The notes beneath the pieces were generated by a model, which saw only the letters and a program-made list of their open reading frames with translations, did not search any database and was not told the origin of the DNA. Below are positions 59,844-64,000 of a stretch of DNA of 64,000 bases, piece after piece. The stretch is from NCBI GenBank assembly GCA_964464605.1, contig CAYXJN010000002.1:1-64000 (forward strand), given 5' to 3'. The stretch comes from an uncultured Ignavibacteriales bacterium (lineage in GTDB: Bacteria; Zixibacteria; MSB-5A5; GN15; FEB-12). How positions within the stretch are numbered: position 1 is the first letter of the stretch; every line of letters begins with the position of its first letter. The position numbers and the translations under genes are program-made.

Positions 59844-60092
59844 TTAACGTAAGATAAGCACGAGCAACGTAGTTGTTGAAATCAGCGCCGCAGCCAGCCA
59901 GCCCGGTGTGCGTCCCTTCCCTACAAACAACGCAAACGCGGAATAGACCATCGCTATTCCGACAATACTTGTCCATTTGGTCAGCTGGGTAATATGAAAT
60001 GTATTCCCAAGCAGGATAAGTCCGCCTAACAGCAAGGCGATATAGACCAGCCAGTACGGTTCACTCGGTTTTTGTGCGGCGTCAGTTCCCAT
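59844..60092 (-). CDS. Small 3-TM hypothetical protein
   Basis: Start MGTDAAQKP overlaps the amidase stop; three hydrophobic helices. Confidence 0.65.
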   Translation of the reverse strand: MGTDAAQKPSEPYWLVYIALLLGGLILLGNTFHITQLTKWTSIVGIAMVYSAFALFVGKGRTPGWLAAALISTTTLLVLILR

Positions 60093-61917
60093 TTTCGTAT
60101 CCTTCCAAGAACGATTGTATACCGTCGGCAATCGCTTTGGCAAGTTTTAACCGGTAGGCTTTTGTTTTAAGCAAGGCTTCCTGTTCCGGCAGAATCATGA
60201 AGGCGCATTCGGCCAATACCGCCGGATACTGGGTCGGCCGGGAAACCGCGAAATTGCCGTAATACAGGCCGTGATCCCGAAGCCCGCTGGCTGAAATCAG
60301 CTCTTTTTGAATCGCTTTGGCTAAATCAATCGAGTGGATATGGTAGTAATAGGTTGAAGTACCGTTATTCTCGAACGGGTTTACCCCTTCCGGCAATGAA
60401 TTGTTATGAACCGAAACGAACAGATCGGCATCGGCTCGCTTAGTGATTATCGGACGTTGTGCCAACGGAACATTTGAGCTGTCGTTACGGGTCATTATCA
60501 CCATCGCGCCGCGCGCTTTGAGAACCGCTTCCAACTCTAATGCAATCTGCAAGTTTGCTTGTTTTTCCATAAATCCGGTCGGGCCGATTGAACCGGGATC
60601 AGCCGAATGACCTGGATCGACCACGATTCGTTTTCCGTGAATACTTCCCACGTTATGCGGCGGTTTGATGAACGCTATACAGAACGTGTTGCCGTCGTAA
60701 TACGCATCATATCCCCAGATATCTTTGTTCAGCGCGATAGTAAACTCATAGACATCAGATTCCGCCTGCCGCCAATAGGCATAATCGACAAGTGAATCAG
60801 TCGATACATAACGAATCCAGTCGGTATTGCTGACGACATCGAACAAACGAACAGTCAACGTGCGGCGAGATGGTTCATCTATCTGGAATGCATGCTTACG
60901 TGAAAGTGGAATTTGGAATACTACTTTTTTGCTGTCGGCGGACATGCGAATAGTTGTCGGGAATGACTGCGCCAACAAGGCTCCTTTCGGCTGCATAATT
61001 GCGCTGGTATCAAAAACCCAGGCATCATGGGCATTGGCGAGTTTTAACTGTATCCAATCCCCTTCCGCTCCGTTAGCAACTGCTTCGACTCCGGCGGGCT
61101 GGAAAATAGTCAGATATCCTTTGCGCGGGCCTGTGCGAAGGGTTTGGATTGAATCTTTCAGTCGCACAACTACCGGATACCGGCCGGTATTGACCGACAC
61201 GCGATAATTGCTTTGCAGCGTGACTGCTTTCTTTCCTGTCTGCTTTAAATAGTATGTAATCTTCGAACTGTCACACTTTGCTTTTGCCGGAATGCGGAAT
61301 GAACCGACATAGATACCCTTAATCGTGGTCTTGTTTTTCTCGACCGTTTCGCCGAAGGTCGCCTGTCCCCAGTATGGATTATCTGAGGAATTCGTCTCGA
61401 TCATCGGAACAGAGTCAGCAACTCCCGGCAGTGAGAACCATCCCTTTGCGCCGGGTGTCCCTAAAAAGCGAACGACCAATTCCGAGCCGGTAATAAGCTC
61501 CAAATCCCCTGAGGGTGGATTGTAATCACCGCCGATTTTGAGTGTATCTGATGTAACGGTCGTAGTCGGCTGTGGAATTTTGATGAGAACAGTATCACGG
61601 GCGATGGTCCATTTCTTTGCTACCTGCACGCTGCACACCAAATGAAACCGGAAATCACCCGGTACAACCGGAAGGAAAGCGATAAAGCCTCCCTCGTTAT
61701 GTACCGGAACGAGTGAACCGTTAATTCTGAGTTTAACTGTTGAACTGGGCGGGGTGATGTTTCCGAAAATAAAACTCGAATCCCTGACCGCGACAGTCTG
61801 GCTGTCTTTGGGATAGACAACGGTAATCTTCGGCCAGTCCTCGGCATGCGGATCTGAAACCAAGAGAAGAAAAATGAAAGCTGCTAATAGGCTACTGAAT
61901 ATATTTTTCGACAACAT
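60082..61917 (-). CDS. N-acetylmuramoyl-L-alanine amidase (Amidase_3) with long N-terminal beta domains
   Basis: Signal peptide; VDPGHS, EKQANL, SVHNN, PAVLAE. Confidence 0.93.
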   Translation of the reverse strand: MLSKNIFSSLLAAFIFLLLVSDPHAEDWPKITVVYPKDSQTVAVRDSSFIFGNITPPSSTVKLRINGSLVPVHNEGGFIAFLPVVPGDFRFHLVCSVQVAKKWTIARDTVLIKIPQPTTTVTSDTLKIGGDYNPPSGDLELITGSELVVRFLGTPGAKGWFSLPGVADSVPMIETNSSDNPYWGQATFGETVEKNKTTIKGIYVGSFRIPAKAKCDSSKITYYLKQTGKKAVTLQSNYRVSVNTGRYPVVVRLKDSIQTLRTGPRKGYLTIFQPAGVEAVANGAEGDWIQLKLANAHDAWVFDTSAIMQPKGALLAQSFPTTIRMSADSKKVVFQIPLSRKHAFQIDEPSRRTLTVRLFDVVSNTDWIRYVSTDSLVDYAYWRQAESDVYEFTIALNKDIWGYDAYYDGNTFCIAFIKPPHNVGSIHGKRIVVDPGHSADPGSIGPTGFMEKQANLQIALELEAVLKARGAMVIMTRNDSSNVPLAQRPIITKRADADLFVSVHNNSLPEGVNPFENNGTSTYYYHIHSIDLAKAIQKELISASGLRDHGLYYGNFAVSRPTQYPAVLAECAFMILPEQEALLKTKAYRLKLAKAIADGIQSFLEGYENGN

Positions 61918-62926
61918 CCCGTTTCAACTTGGGGCCGCCGATAAGATCATCACCGACTACCTCAATTGACTCCCTGTCATAGCTAATGCCGCGCGCAATG
62001 TCATCCTGTAACAATAGCGGGCCATCCAAATCATGATAATCCGCGAGAGCGGAAATATATATCGCCTGCGCCATGCCGACCGATGAGGCAACCATACAAC
62101 CAAGCATCACCGCTTTGCCGTCTTCATTCGCCTGATCGGCTAACCGGATTGCTTCCATCACGCCGCCGCATTTTTCCATCTTGATATTGATACCGTCCAC
62201 ATACGGCGCGATTTTTTCGTAGTCTTCGAAACTGTTCAACCCTTCGTCGACAATCAGCTGAACGTTTTCGTTTTTTCCCTTGAGATGTTTCCATTCTTTG
62301 ATATGCTCAATACCGGTCGGCTGTTCGATAATAAAGATCCCTTTTTGGGAGAGATGAAAAATCATCTCTTCCGCTTTGGCGCAATCCCAGCCGCCGTTGG
62401 CATCGATTCGGATATCTTTGTTTATCACGTCGCCGATTCCTTCAAGGACGACTACGTCATCGTTATTCCCCATTTTGATTTTGACAATCGGGTATTCGCT
62501 TTGCTTGATAGCCGTGACCATTTCTTTCGGGTCATCGATACCAATCGTAATCGAACTTTTCAAGCTGACCGGGTTAGGCACACAGAGGACTTCCCACGGG
62601 TAGCGATGCGTTTCCCCGGACAGATAATGCAGCACCATTCCTGAGAGGGCGGAACGGGCGATTGAGTTGATATCGTATTTGCTTATTGCCTCAAGTGTAT
62701 CGACGGTGATTTCCGGTTCATGTTCCAGATAGCCGATACCTTTATAGAGATCAGCTTCGATCTGGTCGAGGGTCGGGCCGTAATGGACAGATCCGGCTGC
62801 TTCACCGATATACCGGTTATTCATTACCAACAGAAAATTCGTTTTGCTGATTTCAGCGCCACCTTTGGCGACCATAAATTTCTTTTTGAGCGGGAGAGAT
62901 ATCCGCACGGCGTCAAACTTCTTCAT
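61892..62926 (-). CDS. Dipeptide epimerase (L-Ala-D/L-Glu epimerase-like, enolase superfamily)
   Basis: KIKMG, DAN, EQP, DE, NIKMEKCGG, GCM, DLDG. Confidence 0.88.
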   Translation of the reverse strand: MKKFDAVRISLPLKKKFMVAKGGAEISKTNFLLVMNNRYIGEAAGSVHYGPTLDQIEADLYKGIGYLEHEPEITVDTLEAISKYDINSIARSALSGMVLHYLSGETHRYPWEVLCVPNPVSLKSSITIGIDDPKEMVTAIKQSEYPIVKIKMGNNDDVVVLEGIGDVINKDIRIDANGGWDCAKAEEMIFHLSQKGIFIIEQPTGIEHIKEWKHLKGKNENVQLIVDEGLNSFEDYEKIAPYVDGINIKMEKCGGVMEAIRLADQANEDGKAVMLGCMVASSVGMAQAIYISALADYHDLDGPLLLQDDIARGISYDRESIEVVGDDLIGGPKLKRDVVEKYIQ

Positions 62927-63720
62927 TAGAAAACTCTCCTTCCTTCACGAAAACTATTATCCAAATCAGCCCTATAGTGCGGCTTGTTTGCCGATAAGGA
63001 ACTGATTTGCACACCGCCTCCACCAACGGAAGCGTGAATCATCAGATCGTTTCCGATTGCCAGGCCGACATGCCTGTCGAAAAAGAGCATGTCTCCTTTT
63101 GTTATACCATCGCGAGCGACAGAACTTCCCACCGTAATCTGATCTTTCGTATCTCGCGGCAGCACAATGCGAAAGCGACCGAATAGCGTCTGCATAAACC
63201 CGGAGCAATCGAACCCGGCCGGGCTGATTCCACCCCAAAGATAGCCGACACCGAGAAACGTATGCGCCTCTTTGATCAACGCATCAGGCGTCGATTTCGT
63301 TGCTTTCACCGGTAACTGCTTCACACCGGATTTTTTAAGTGCAATTGCTGTGCCATCCGGCAATTCTGCCTTGAGCATCGCACTCTTCCAGTTTTTGATA
63401 GTGAGCTTGGTGCCATAGTATAAAAAAAACGGCGCGGTGGCTTTACCACCTTTTGTAGCGAAAGTTACCACTTGGTTCACCGTCACCACTCCGTTCTGCT
63501 TGTCAGCAGCCTGTTTTGCGGACTGATCGGAAACCGGGGCTAAAAACTTCTCATTCACCCAGCCGGTATAGCCGTCAGATTGGGTGACCTGCACATACCC
63601 GTTTTGGTTGTTTCCGAGAGATACAACCGTTCCCCAAAAGAGCTGGCTGACCCGTTCGGAGTTAAAGCGGGGTTCCCCCCACATATCGACTAAATTGAGG
63701 TTTACGCAGGCGTACGACAT
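62926..63720 (-). CDS. SH3b plus NlpC/P60 peptidase (YkfC-like gamma-D-Glu endopeptidase)
   Basis: ERVSQL, DGYTGWV, YLWGG, GFDCSG, HVG, IHAS; no signal peptide. Confidence 0.9.
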   Translation of the reverse strand: MSYACVNLNLVDMWGEPRFNSERVSQLFWGTVVSLGNNQNGYVQVTQSDGYTGWVNEKFLAPVSDQSAKQAADKQNGVVTVNQVVTFATKGGKATAPFFLYYGTKLTIKNWKSAMLKAELPDGTAIALKKSGVKQLPVKATKSTPDALIKEAHTFLGVGYLWGGISPAGFDCSGFMQTLFGRFRIVLPRDTKDQITVGSSVARDGITKGDMLFFDRHVGLAIGNDLMIHASVGGGGVQISSLSANKPHYRADLDNSFREGRRVF

Positions 63721-63781
63721 ACTAAATAGGTTATCGGCAGAAACCTATTCAATCAACAAAAAGGTGACTATGTCACCCGTA

Positions 63782-64000
63782 TTATACCTTGGTAGCTGAG
63801 AGGGCTTTGGAGAAACGGTTGACGGCTTCGTTGATATTGGCGATTGAGTTGGCGTAAGAGAAACGGAGATACCCTTCCCCGGCAGCGCCAAAGGCGGTTC
63901 CGGCCAGACAGGCGACCCCGACTTCATCGAGTAGTTTATTGGCCAGTTCTTTTGAGGTATACCCGGTTTCTTTGATGTTCGGGAACAGATAAAACGCGCC
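63782..64000 (-). CDS. Class I/II PLP aminotransferase (aspartate aminotransferase-like), C-terminal fragment
   Basis: Manual translation [13 protein letters not shown]...[23 protein letters not shown]...TKV-stop. Confidence 0.92.
   Translation of the reverse strand, partial: GAFYLFPNIKETGYTSKELANKLLDEVGVACLAGTAFGAAGEGYLRFSYANSIANINEAVNRFSKALSATKV

Overview
Bacterial chromosomal window from a diderm organism (outer-membrane barrels, lipoproteins). The taxon cannot be determined here; an FCB/Zixibacteria-like lineage is only a guess. In order: the 3' part of an rRNA operon (23S, 5S); a variable region (secreted beta-barrel gene bracketed by a 62-bp duplication of the 5S 3' end plus terminator, a phospholipase-D-family gene interrupted by one in-frame TAG, small membrane and Zn-finger genes, a sigma-54 promoter); a GNAT/carbamoyltransferase/SxtJ/DUF5989 operon facing an SGNH gene next to tRNA-Arg; the core translation cluster proS-rimP-nusA-infB-DUF503-rbfA-DHH-truB-ribF-rpsO-pnp-M16-deacetylase-leuS; envelope and nucleotide-sugar genes; an ABC-2 exporter; an uncharacterised four-gene membrane module (DUF6754-like) with a Zn-finger microprotein; a sugar ABC importer; tyrS, PBP1A and tRNA-Leu; an OMP-DUF4266-DUF3570-ApbE flavinylation cluster; LemA-TPM-TPM; and a peptidoglycan-peptide recycling operon. 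No CRISPR array, integrase or transposase was seen. Family names come from recognising motifs by eye, not from database searches. The best candidates for new biology are the 5S-anchored single-gene cassette, the four-gene membrane module and the thioredoxin-less flavinylation cluster.
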